From: Octopus sinensis
Lineage: Eukaryota
Direction of reading: 5' to 3'
Assembly: GCF_006345805.1 (NCBI RefSeq)
Contig: NC_043010.1
Span: forward strand, 50,592,001 to 50,656,000
Length of the DNA stretch: 64,000 nucleotides
Under the pieces are notes generated by a model. It saw only the letters and a program-made list of their open reading frames with translations. It was not told the origin of the DNA and ran no database searches. Below, one piece after another: positions 10,961 through 23,988 of this stretch. Positions within the stretch are counted from its first letter, which is position 1. Each line of letters starts with the position of its first letter. A program made the translations under genes and the position numbers.

Positions 10961-12986
10961 TTTAATGTCCATTTTTCCATGCTTAAATGGGTTAGATGAA
11001 AGTTGGTTTTCTACTGTCAGATGCTCCCAATCCTCACCTGTCACCAACCCTCACCTGTTTCCAGGCAAGGTGATATTTATCCATGACCAGACATGTTTTA
11101 TATAGAGGACTGGAAATGAACAACGCCCTCTGTATGATGATGATGATGCTTGATTACAAATATTGCACAATGTTAAGGCAAGAAGACAGTAACATACACA
11201 CATACAGATATACATATATATGTGGCATTGGAGGAGGTCATCTGACACAAGATCACCTTCTCCAATGCCCCCTCTCCCTTCTCAAAGATTCCTTGTCTTG
11301 CAAGTTACTTTGTGAGCCTGCCAATGCTGGTACCACTTAAAAAGCATCCAGTCCATGCTGTAAAGTGGAAGGGCATCCAGCTGTAGAAACCATGCCAAAA
11401 CTAACCACACTGTGCTGGTACCACATGAAAAGCACTCAGCCCACTCTGTGGGGTGGTTGGTATTAGGAAGGACATCCAGCTGTAAAAACCATGCCAAAAC
11501 AGGTATAGAAGTCTGGTGCAGTTTTCTGCCTGGCCAGTTCCTGTCAAATCGTCTTACCAATGCCAGCATGGAAGACATGATGATGAATTGGCATTCAGTT
11601 TTTGTCTAACAAATCCCCTCGTCCCCTCACAAGGATTTGGTTGACCTGGAACTATAGTAGAAGACTCTTGTACTGTGTCATGGGACTGAACTCAAAACCA
11701 TGTGGCTGTGAACTGAACTTCTTAATCACACAGCTATTTTGGGAATAAATTTTAAAAAGCGCCAGACAAATACTTTATAAAGACGTCTTACTGTGTAAGA
11801 AGTGTTTTCAGTACAGTAGAAACTATAAACCTGAAGCATTACAATGCAAGCCTTGACGTAAGCTCTGTGTACTATGCAGAGGTGTATTTGAGTCATGAAA
11901 GCACACTATAAAGATATGACTGAAAAGTAATAATGTTAAAAAGGAAACTGTTAGCTATGGTTATTTAACTCTTTAGCTTTCAGGTTATTCTGCCAAATGT
12001 AATGCTTATTTATTCACATTCCTTTGAATTACTCATTCATTCATTATCTCATAGCTTTGAGATTCCGATGATGGGATTGCTTGTTTTTAGAATGACACTG
12101 TAGGGGAGGTGTGAAAGGTCAGATTTGGCTGGTTTTGAATATAAAACAAGTAGAGTATGTGGGCTGGATATGGCCAGTTTAAATGCTTAAAGGATTAATA
12201 GTTGTTGGCTGGTGAGAGTGAGCAGCTCTTTATTTGGTTCTTTTAATAACAATAATATAAACTTCTGTTTCCAGCACATCCAAGCTACCATGTATCTTGT
12301 TAGCGATATTTTGGCATTTGTTGTTGTCGGTTTTCAAATTTTTGACTGTTTCAACAAGCATGTAGATATGTGTTTACTTCTATTGAAACCAAGTACGGAC
12401 TCCACCCAATATATAGAAGAAATGCAAATTAATCATATGACAGTTGCTCATTCTCCCAGATATATCAAGTTATCTCCATTGTTAAACTCTGTACTCTTTT
12501 TGTAAGTTGTTGGGAACTAGATTTGTTAAACTAGGATGTCATTCTGTTTTTGTTCATGGAACACTATCAGAAGTCTTATTTTTGTTCATCATAATCATCA
12601 TTATCATCATCATCGTTTAACGTCTGTTTTCCATGCTAGCATGGGTTGGACCGTTCGACCAGGGTCTGGGAAGCCAGGAGGCCACACCAGGCCCCAGTCT
12701 GATCTGGCAGTGTTTCTACAGCTGGATGCCTTTCCTAACACCAACCACTCCGTGAGTGTAGTGGGTGCATTTTTCGTGCCACTGGCACAGGGGCCAGTGG
12801 AGGCTGGCAAACGGCCATAATTGGTTGGTGCTTTTTACGTGTCACCAGCACAGACGCCAGTCAAGGTGGTGCTGTGATGTTGATAAAACATGTTCTTTGC
12901 CTATCTACTTATCCTCTTTGTGGTTTTGGATAAAAAGAAAACCTATACAAATGAATCCTTCGAATTTAACTAAATTCTATATTTTT

Positions 12987-13075
12987 ATGCATCTGAAGAT
13001 TGCTCTACATTTTAAATTGATGTAATGTTTGCATTGTTCAATTAAATGGAGTCGCATGAAACAATCGTACTGCAT
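12987..13075 (+). ncRNA. Type I hammerhead-like motif with long stem II
   Basis: ATGCA-t-CTGAAGA-[58 nt hairpin]-GAAAC-aatc-GTA^c-TGCAT. Confidence 0.65.
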
Positions 13076-15431
13076 TATCTCTGGATATCCTTGTTGCTTA
13101 TTTGGATTATAATCACCCCATTTTGAATTATATGGATAATACCATACTAAATTCTTAAGTACCATATTCATCTGAATCTAAATTTTAATGAACTTATACA
13201 CACACACTTTCTCTCTACCAAATTCACTCACATAACACTGGTCAGCCTGGGGCTACGGTAGAAGATAGTTGCTCTGCAATAGGACTGAACTTGAAACCAT
13301 GTGGTTGCAACGTGAGCTTCTTAACTACACAACAATGCCTGCACTTGAAATGAAATAAAATTAAAGGTTAAAAGTGAACAAAAATTCTACTTGCACTTAA
13401 TTAATCAGGAAACCAACAGAGCTGGATAGATTGCCTGGTAGTATTTGTTCAGGCTCTTTGCATTCTGAGTTCAAATCCCACTAAGGTTTTTTCATCATTT
13501 CTGGGTCAGTAGAATAAATACCAGTCCACAGTGTGAAACTGGCTGGGTTGTTAGAGCATTGAATGAAGTTCCTTGTAGTCTTTGTTCTGGCCCTCTGCAT
13601 TCTGGATTCATGGGTGGTGGAAAACTTGAATAGTTTAACTCTGCCACCTGGTCCTTAGCTGTCTTTAGCTGAGTCCACTCCGTTGCATGCATTCTTTAGG
13701 TCAGGTTTTCCCATGCCCCGTTCAAGAATAACTTACCTCAACCAATCTCAGAGACCTTGAAAAGGTAAAAAGTCATAGATAATGCCCATCCTTAACCTGA
13801 CTAATAAGAGGAAAAAATAAAGATAGATAAACGAATACATAAAAACAAGGAAAGAAAGAAAACATCTGACTTATCTCCATAGAAATTGCACCTCAATTTA
13901 TTGTCACACATATTCAATGTTTGTATTTTTTATTTCCCACAATGAGTGGATTTTTCTTGTCATTATGTAAGTAATAACAAATTTGTATGAGAGTTAGGTG
14001 TGGTTCTTATAATTTTTTTTTCTTTTCTTTCCTATTTATTATTTTTTTAATATCTTCAAACTTAATCTTTGTATTCTTTTTTCCTTGTGAATTTTCTCAG
14101 AAACCGTAAAAAGTACCAACCAGTTGTGGACGTTGCTAGCCTCTTCTGGCCCCTGTGCCAGTGGCACGTAAAAAGCACCCACTACACTCATGGAGTGATT
14201 GGCATTAGGAAGGGCATCCAGCTGTAGAAACACTGCCAGATCAGACTGGAGCCTGGTGTGGCCTCCTGGTTCCCCAGACCCTGGTCTTTATCATTTGTCT
14301 TTTGATTTTTATTTGTTTCAGTCACTGGACTGTGACCATGCTGGGGCACCACCTTGAAAGGTTTAGTCAAACAAATTGCTCCCAATACTTATTTTTTTTA
14401 TAAGCCTAATACTTATTCTATCAGTCTCTTTTTGCCAAAGTACTAAGTGAGGGCAATGTAAACAAACCAACACTGGTTGTCAAGTGGTGGGGGTGGGGTA
14501 GGGGACAAACACACACATACATATATATTACAAGCTTCTTTCCACCTATATAATCAACTCAGAAGGCTTTGGTTAGCCTGAGGCTATGGTAAAAGACACT
14601 TGCCCAAGGTGCCACACAGTGGGACTGAACCTATCGTCATGTGGTTGGGAAGCAAACTTCTTACATCAGTGCCACACCTCTGCCATGTTTGTGCCTTATA
14701 AGCCTTATAAATTTCTTACTCTAAATACTGAGTGCTTTAATTTTTGTTCATATCAACAATATTAATTACACCATGTGTGTGTGTTGTATAGCACTGTGGT
14801 TAAGAAGTTCACTTACCAACCATGTGGTTTCGAGTTCAATCCCACTGTGCTGCACATTTGGCTGTTGTCTTCCTCTATAGCCCCACATCAACCAGAACCA
14901 AAACCTTGTCGATGAATTTGTTAAATGAAAATGGAATGAAGCCTGTTGTGTTTATATGAATAAATACATATACATGTGAAGGTGCATGGCTTAGTATTTT
15001 GGGCATTTGTCTCACAATTGTAAGGTTGTGAGCAACACACTTTAATTCACATTGCTCCAATCCACCCAGCTGACACAATTGAGTTGCATCTGTAATTCAG
15101 AAGAGACAGCCCTATCACTTTCTGTGTCACGCTGAATCTCCCTGCAAACTACATTAAGGGTACTCATGTCTGTGGAGTGCTCAGCCATTTGCATGTTAAT
15201 TTCACAAGCAGTATGTTCCATTGAGTGTATTAAGTGGAACACTTGTTATTGTAATTGATAGAAAGCCAGGTCACATACACATTGTGTGTGTGTCTGTGTG
15301 TCCATGTGTTTGTTTACATATGCCTTCTGTGACAGTTGGTACAGTGTTGTTGTTATCTCTCTTCTTGTCAACAACTTATCAACTTGCTTCACTCCTTCAT
15401 AGAAGTATGAGATAAGAGATCCTTTGCTTAA

Positions 15432-15651
15432 CCCTTTGGTTACCAAACCGGCTGAAACCAGCTCTGGTCCTGAGTACAAATGTGTTGTTTTCATAAGTTT
15501 TGTATTAAAATCTTCCACCAAACTTTTGTCACCATTTATGTTCCTAACACTAGCTGAATGATAACTAAGTTATTTTGCTAATTTCTTTGTTATATTTAAA
15601 GTAATTGAAAGAAATACAGAGCATCTCAAAATAAATATAGTAACAAAAGGA
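15432..15651. mobile_element. piggyBac-type MITE family 2 (another copy ~39018-39204)
   Basis: TTAA-CCCTTTGGTTAC ... GTAACAAAAGGA-TTAA. Confidence 0.75.
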
Positions 15652-16201
15652 TTAAAAAACAAATAAGTTAGTGATAGGAAGGGTATTCAGCTGTAAAACA
15701 ACACTTGAATGATATATTGTCCAATCCATGCAAACATGAAAAAATCGACATAAAATTAACAAATGAATATATATAATATTGATATATTTTAACTTATTAA
15801 TCAAATCAAATATATTTGAGAAGACATCTACATAAAAAATGCATACATCCATCAGTTTGAAAGTGGGCCCTCCGATTTGAACTATATTTATCTCAATTAC
15901 TGCTGAGCACTTTTAATCCATAAATGGTGCACAGGAATAAAGTACCTGTGCTAGTACCACATAAAAAGCACCTGTATTGGTGCCGGGTAACAAAAAATTT
16001 CCATGCTAGTTCCACATAAAATGTACTCATGCTGGTGCCATGTAAAAAGGAACCTGTGTTGGTATCACCTAAAAGGCATCCAGATGTAGTAACCTTGCCA
16101 AAACAGACAATTGCAGCCAGGTGTTGCTCTCCAGCTTGCCAGCTCCTGTCAAACCATCCAACCATATCAGCATGGTAAATGGTCATTATATGATGATGAT
16201 G

Positions 16202-16233
<32 letters not shown>

Positions 16234-16940
16234 TACGGATCTGAGATCGTGTGCTGGAACGAAAACAATTGCAGCATGGGAGGTGTTTATAAGCCATTTA
16301 AGAAACACTTGCACGAAGCTTTGTCAATGAACAGGTCGCGGTCTCAAAGCAACGGAAATATTTTGACAAATTAAATTTAAATGTTGAAGTGAATCTAACG
16401 GTTTTGTGTGTTTCTTAAATGGCTTATAAACACCTTCCACGCTGCAATTGTTATATATATATATATATATACGTAGTGGTTTTGCAGAATTGTTTGAGCA
16501 TCTAGCTGCTTTGCAGTATGTAACTACATCCCTTTGTATTCTAAGTTCAAATTCTGCTAAGATCCATTTTGGCCTCTCCTCTTTCCAGGATTGGTAATGT
16601 ATGTATGTCACATGCTAGATGGGAATGACATAATCAGCTAATGTATCCTCTAGTTATAATATCAATATAGTCAATAATCTACTGACGTAAATTTGTGATC
16701 AATGAAAGAAAGATGAAGCAATTGATTTTATTTATCTGCACCAGTAAATGTGATGTACCAGTATAGTAAACGAGTAGCATTTTCTGTAATGTGTGTGTGT
16801 GTGTTTATATATATATACTCATAGAGAACAAATTTTTGAGTGGATTGTAGGTATTTGACATCTACTTCTAGCACTGGCGATGGACATTTCCAGAGGCCCT
16901 TAACTATAATTATATTTTTATAATTATATATATACATATA

Positions 16941-17813
16941 CATGGTCTGATCAATAAGTATCCGGACTGTGGCCATAGTAACGAAGCTAAAGCATGCAGA
17001 GTAAAGCTGCTTGGCACAGATTGACTTTGAACTCTGCTGTGCATGCACACTAAATTTTAACGTTGTAGCTCACTTCTGCTGTTTACAGCAGTGCATGGAA
17101 GGAAGGTGTGTAGTGTGTGATTGTCATATTGACCATGACAGAGAAAGTTGAACAGAGAATTTACATCAAATTTTGCCAAAAGCTTGGTGATATCTGCTCA
17201 GAGGCCTACACAAAGTTTTCAAAAAGTTTTCATCATTCTCAACACAATTAAGATCTTGTGCAACTGAAACCTGTGTGTCATTTGGGTCAGCTGAAAGCAG
17301 TTTTAGTGCAAACTTGGCAGACATGCACCTCATACCCAAATCTTCAGTGATAATGGACTGAACTGAACCATAACTAATCTGTACATCCTCTGATAAGTCA
17401 CGGATGGTGATTTTGAGGATTTCCTCTCACAGTTACACACACATCTGCAGTGTTTTTCTCAGTTCTGCTGGTTGTAGGTCTCCCAGAACGTTCAGTAATA
17501 TCAATATTTTTTCATCCATCTTGGAAACATCTGAACCACTTGCACACATGTATGCAACTCATACTTTCCTCTTCATACACTTTTTGCAACCTTGTGTAGA
17601 CCTCTGAGCAGGTATCACCATGACAACTTTCTCTGTCATGGTCAATGCAATGATCACACCTTACACACCTTCCTTCCAAGCACTGCTGTAGACAACAGAA
17701 ATCAGCTAGAACATTAAAACTTAATGCACATGTAGAGCAGAGTTCATGGTTAACTTTTGCCAAGCAGCTTCATTACTATGGCAACAGTCCGGATACTTAT
17801 TGATCAGAACTTG
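16941..17813. mobile_element. Mariner-derived foldback element made of two inverted 5' ends
   Basis: TIRs (ca)tggtctgatcaataagtatccggactgt and complement; TA on both flanks; transposase N-terminus MTEKVEQRIYIKFCQKLG on +; VYEEESMS...KWFRCFQDG...ERSGRPTTS on -. Confidence 0.85.
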
Positions 17814-17819
17814 TATATA

Positions 17820-17863
<44 letters not shown>

Positions 17864-18290
17864 TAAATAAAGATATTATTAATAATAAATAATAACAATA
17901 ATATAAACATTAAAGCCAAAATAGCAAATTTATAAGTTTTTAATTAATTATTAATTATAATTGAGGGTACATGAAGTACTCAGTGTTGCTAGAAATAAGA
18001 GTCAAAAAAGTACTCAAATAAGTCATGATTTCACTGAAAATACAACTGGCTGATTAAAGTCAAGCGATAAGCAAAATCTAACTTACTGAAAGTTGCAAAT
18101 GCTTACCTCCCACTCCTCAATCCTATCCTCTTGGTCCTGTGCCACTGTATCATTGCTCGCCACCACACCCCACCCCACCCCGTGACCTGTGTGCTCCACT
18201 CACACCCCCTATCTCACTGTATTATTGTTATCTGCTAGCCTTTGACCTGTGTATTCCACCCACACATAACAAGAAAACTTTTCACTAACT

Positions 18291-18650
18291 GGAAGGTGTT
18301 TGTAAGCCATTTAAGAAACACACAAAAGCCGTTCGATTCACTTCAACATTTAAGTTTAATTTGTCAAAATATTTTCGTCGCTTTAAGACCGCCACCTGTT
18401 CACTGACAAAAATCTGTGCAGCACGGATTTTTGTCAGTGAACAGGTCACGGTTTTAAAGCGACAAAAATATTTTGACAAATTAAACTTAAATGTTGAAGT
18501 GAATCGAACGGCTTTTGTGTGTTTCTTAATTGGCTTACAAACACATTCCACGCTGCAATTGTTTTCGTTCCAGCACACGATCTCAGATCAAATCACTTGC
18601 TATGCGAGAACATCTCCGTAATTTTCACTAACTCTACCCCTAACAAACCA
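18291..18650. mobile_element. Palindromic (foldback) DNA element; inverted partial copy at 16236-16452
   Basis: Near-perfect palindrome 18291-18549 centred ~18420 (arms ~127 bp); 18546-18588 is the reverse complement of 16238-16275. Confidence 0.8.
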
Positions 18651-19057
18651 ATCTACATCTCCACATCTCTTTTCTTCCTCACATTTCTTCCTTCATACAC
18701 TATACCTTGCTCTCACTCCCCAATCCTGTCTTCATGGCCCTGTTCCTCTGTATCAGTAGCACCCCCTTCCACCGTCTCTGTACATACCCAGGTTTTCGCC
18801 ACTCATTCCCCACCTCCACATTCTTTAACCACACTAACCATATTTTGCAATATCCTGCCACTTATATTATGGGTATGTCCTGGCTCTTACACCATCTATA
18901 TCTCTCTCTTCCTTTACTCAACCATCCCATTTATATTCTGACCCCCCACCCTTGTGAGTATACCCAGCATTTAGACACCATCTAAGTTACAGGGACATAA
19001 ACAAACTAATATTTGGTTCTCAAGTGATAGTAGGGGGGTTCAAACATAGACACAAAG

Positions 19058-19119
<62 letters not shown>

Positions 19120-19535
19120 TCATCATCATCATCGTTTAACGTCCGCTTTCCATGCTAGCATGGGTTGGACGGTTCAACTGGGTTCTGGCAAGCCCGAAGG
19201 CTGCACCAGGCCAGTCAGATCTGGCAGTGTTTCTACAGCTGGATGCCCTTCCTAATGCCAACCACTCCGAGAGTGTAGTGGGTGATTTTATGTGCCACCG
19301 ACACATGTGCCAGACGAGGCTGGCAGACGGCCACGCTTGGATGGTGTTTTTTATGTGCCACCGGCACAGGTGCCAGATGAGGCTGGCAGACGGATATAAA
19401 AATTAGAGAAGAACCACCATGTATCAATTCAACAATGATATACTTAAATCATACCATATAGAAAATATTAAAGATACGATGAAACATTTACGTAGAACTA
19501 AATAAAGTACGAAATAATAAATAAATAGTATATAA

Positions 19536-19583
<48 letters not shown>

Positions 19584-20572
19584 ATATATATATACATATG
19601 ACGGGTTTCTTTCAGTTTCTGTCTACCATATCCACTCAAAGCTTTGGTCGGCCTGCAGCTATAGTGGAAGACTCTTGCCTAAGGTGTCACAGTGGGACTG
19701 AACCCATAACCATATGGTTGGAAAGCAAGGTTCTTACCACTTGCCTGTGCCTACACATATCAGTGCACAAAAGACAATTCTTCCTGAATAAGCACTGCTG
19801 AAATTGGGGTGTGGCTTATACGCCTTATCCTTATGCCATCAGCTACAGTACATACATTTGACACAAAGCATTTTTTTTTCCTCTTTTGGCCCAGGATATG
19901 TTTCACCCAGCATACTTTTCTTATAGTATTTCCTATAAAACTTACTCGCCTAGTAACCCTGAGTGCTGTAATGGTAGGAAAATCGTTGTAGTAATTAAGA
20001 AAAGAGTTTCCAATTTACTTGTGCATGTAGGTGTGTGGGGACAGGGATGGAGGGGCATAGGATTATACATAGTTATTTTGGTTGTTAATCATTTAGTGCC
20101 AAAATGTTTGGCATTCTGGTTTGGTAGTACAAACAGCTACAAATAGCAAAGCACAAAATTTTACTTGCTTCACACAGTTTACCCAAAATGTAATCATCGC
20201 CACTGTAACATCCATTTTGTAACATGCTTGCATGGGCCAGAGGGATATTATACTGTGGCAGATTTTCTGTGGCCAGATTCTCTTTGTGTTGCTAATCATT
20301 TGCTGTTTTCTAAGCAAAGAAATATTTCTTTGCTTAGAAACATGTTTCCACAGAATATTAGAAATGAATGACAAATGAAGGTTGATTTTATATATATCAT
20401 CATCATCATCATCATCATTTAGTGTCCGCTTTCCATGCTAGCATGGGTTGGACAGTTCAACTGGGGTCTGGGAAACCAGAAGGCTGCACCAGGCCCAGTC
20501 TGATCTGGGAATGTTTCTACGGCTGGATGCTCTTCCTAACGCCAACCACTCCGTGAGTGTAGTGGGTGCTTT

Positions 20573-20846
20573 GCAACGGCCATGATCGGATGGTGCTTTT
20601 TTGGGACTAGATGTAAGTTATCTTGCTTGTCTATGACTACCAAGCTAAATTGAACAGAGTATATTCTTGTATGTCAATAATGACAGCTTGCCTACAAACT
20701 GGGGGCCAGGCGAGGCTGGCAATGGCCATGATCGGATGGTGCTTTTTTGGGACTAGATGTAAGTTATCTTGCTTGTCTATGACTACCAAGCTAAACTGAA
20801 CAGAGTATATTCTTGTATGTCAATAATGACAGCTTGCCTACAACTG
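20573..20846. repeat. Direct tandem duplication, period 146 bp
   Basis: 20573-20700 recurs almost identically at 20719-20846. Confidence 0.9.
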
Positions 20847-20946
20847 GCAAAACACATACCTTGTGTGTACGTGTACTTGATATTGTTTTTATCCCTCAGC
20901 CTGCTTCTCATGCATATTTGATATACACACACATATATATATGTAC

Positions 20947-20984
<38 letters not shown>

Positions 20985-21878
20985 GTCAGTGCTGCCTGAC
21001 TGGCTCCCATGCCGGTGGCGCGTAAAAGGCACCATTCAAGTGTGGTCAATGCCAGTACTGCCTGGCTGGCCCTTGTGCCAGTGGCACGTAAAAAGCACTC
21101 ACTACACTTTGGGAGTGATTGGTGTTAGGAAGGGCATCCAGTTGTAGAAACTCTGCCAGATCAGATTGGAGCCTCGTACAGCCTTCTGGCTTGTCAGCCC
21201 TCAGTCAAACCATCCAATCCATACCGGCATGGAAAGCAGATGTTAAATGACGATGATGATGATGAAATACAGGTAAGGCATAGGTGTGTGGTTCTAGAAA
21301 TTTGATCACCAACCGCATGGTTTTAAGTTCAGTCCTACTGTATGCTGCCTTGAGCAAGTGTCTTCAACTATAAGAACTGAGTTCACCAAAACTGAGGAAA
21401 GCCCATTGTGTGTGTGTGTGAGAGAGAGAGAGAGAATGTGTATATTTGGATGAGTGAATTCATATTTCCCTTCTCTACACATGTTCACTGGTTGTAGTTC
21501 TACAGACTGGGAGCTTGCTACTTCAGTTGAAAACAGATGGGACTGTATTCAGGAGGGTATCTTGTTCCAAAATCTTCTTCCCCAATGTACTCCCATCTGA
21601 TCTATGCAAACATGGAAAAAGTAGCCAGTAAAACAATAGTGACAGTGATGGTGATGATGGTAAAATATTGTACTCAGTATGCACACACACACACACACAC
21701 ACTTTTTAAAAGCAAAATCAGTAAGTGAAGAATTTCAGTTCTTGTTTCATATACTCTTACCTGATTGATGTGTTCTGTCATTCAACAATGGTATTCGTTT
21801 CTCTCAGTTTGCAAGCTGTGTACCTTTTTTGACCTCCTAACCTACCCTCTGTTGAGGATGATTCCTATTTTACCCAAT

Positions 21879-22200
21879 AGGTGTAGGAGTGGCTGTGTAG
21901 TAAGTAGCTTGCTTATCAACCACATGGTCCTGGGTTCAGTCCCACTGCATGGCAACTTGGGCAAGTGTCTTCTACTATAGCCTCGGACCGACCAAAGCCT
22001 TGTGAGTAGATTTGGTAGACGGAAACTGAAAAGAAGCCCGTTGTATATGTGTGTGTGTTTGTGTGTCTTTGTCCCCCAACATCGCTTGACAACCAATGCT
22101 GGTGTGTTTACGTCCTGTAACTTAGTGGTTCAGCAAAAGAGACCAATAGAATATTACTAGGCTTACAAAGAATAAGTCCTGGGGTAAAGAGTAAAGAGTA
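21879..22200 (+). mobile_element. SINE family A
   Basis: Same head, core and gtaaaga tail as the other copies. Confidence 0.85.
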
Positions 22201-23064
22201 AATTCAAATAATGTCTGTTACTTTGGTGACATTTTATGATTCTTTGTGATTAATTAGAATAGTATCCCTACTCCTTTCAACTAATTATTGTTCTTTAATT
22301 AGCACTTGTCAAAAATCGATGTAACTAACATTTTCATGCCATACTTTATGACACTGTGACATGTCATACTTTCGTTCTAAGAGTCTCCATTGGTTACCTG
22401 TTGACAGCTGAAGCTGTTCCATTCTCAGCATTAGTTTATCTTTGTCTATAATCTGGATTAAAATATCATCATCATTTAACGTCCGCTTTCCATGCTGGCA
22501 TGGGTTGGACGGTTCGACCGGGGATCTGGGAAGCCAGAAGGCTGCACCAGACTCCAGTCTGATCTGGCAGTGTTTCTACAGCTAGATGCCCTTCCTAACG
22601 CCAACCACTCCGTGAGTGTAGTGGGTGCTTTTTACGTGCCACCGGCACAGAAGCCAGTCTGGGTGGCGCTGGCATCGGCCACATTCATAGGGTGCTTTTT
22701 ACGTGCCACCGGCACAGGGATCACAATTGCAGTTTCCATTGATTTTGATGTCGGTGTACTTGACTCAATGGATCTCCTCAAGCACAGGGTCGAAATGGTG
22801 TTTCTTCACTTGCCACCTGCACAGGAGTCAGTCCAGCGGTCCTGGCAACTGCCGGATGCCAGTCATAGGATTGGTTCAATTTCGATTCCGGTTGATGATA
22901 TTTTCCTGGTGATATCACCGGAGTCATAGATCCTTTTGGGAGGTACTAGACATCATTCATCTTGTCTGTAAAGTGTCCCAGTACCCAACAGTGTGATGGG
23001 TATATTGATAATTTACTACTTTTAGTAGCCAGTGTCTCTGTCATGTGTCGCCAGGTGTCACTTT

Positions 23065-23450
23065 TACTCTTTTACTGTTTCAGTCATTTGACTGCGGCCA
23101 TGCTGGAGCACCGCCTTTAGTCGAGCAAATCGACCCCGGGACTTATTCTTTGTAAGGCCAGTACTTATTCTATCGGTCTCTTTTGCTGAACCGCTAAGTG
23201 ACGGGGACATAAACACACCAGCATCGGTTGTCAAGCAATGCTAGGGGGACAAACACACATACATATATATATATATATATACATATACACGACCGGCTTC
23301 TTTCAGTTTCTGTCTACCAAATCCACTCACAAGGCATTGTTTGGCCCGGGGCTATAGCAGAAGACACTTGCCCAAGATGCCACACAGTGGGACTGAACCC
23401 GGAACCATGTGGCTGGTTAGCAAGCTACTTACCACACAGCCACTCCTGCG
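23065..23450 (-). mobile_element. SINE family A
   Basis: Full-length reverse-complement copy. Confidence 0.88.
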
Positions 23451-23707
23451 GATCTTCAAGGATCTTATACATAAACTTCATTGATGTTGTGACGTAGTTA
23501 CAGCCCAGCTGTGATCAAGGATTACTCTCACAAGAATAAATTAATAGGTTATTGATAACCTTAAGAGTAACAGATTGCATTGAAAGTAACATATGGCTTT
23601 AATATTAGTTAATATAACAGCTTACCTTTTGCAAATATTCCTATAAAAATATAAGACACAAATTAGTGTGTAGGAGGACGGATTATAGTTTGTGTGCTGT
23701 TTTACAG

Positions 23708-23813
23708 GTGTCATCGTAACTAGCTGACGTAAATTTATATATATATAAGGTACACGTATACCTACAGTCAATCATTTTATTATACACAAAATGACTGACT
23801 CCTCCTCATCCAG
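23708..23813 (+). CDS. ENTPD4: Putative first coding exon of ENTPD4/7-like (5'UTR 23708-23790, then ATG 23791: MTDSSSS-R)
   Basis: Acceptor gtgctgttttacag ends at 23707; start context cacaaaATG; phase-2 donor AG|gtaaga at 23814 joins G-ATC at 28369 to give ...SSR-ITCSW in frame. Confidence 0.6.
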
Positions 23814-23920
23814 GTAAGAATATTTAAAACCAAAAAATCTTCACTTTTAAATTTTGCTGTTTAATGTATACTCCTGTAATATATTTATGTAAGTTGCCAA
23901 TTCTGGCCGAAATCTATCAA

Positions 23921-23988
<68 letters not shown>

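Noticed and set aside
13997-14100. Long AG-free pyrimidine tract ending in ctcag on plus
   Set aside because: Followed by SINE sequence with no convincing donor; cannot support an exon
18650-18960. Pyrimidine-rich 140-aa ORF region, possibly a retroelement relic
   Set aside because: No diagnostic motif recognised; left unassigned
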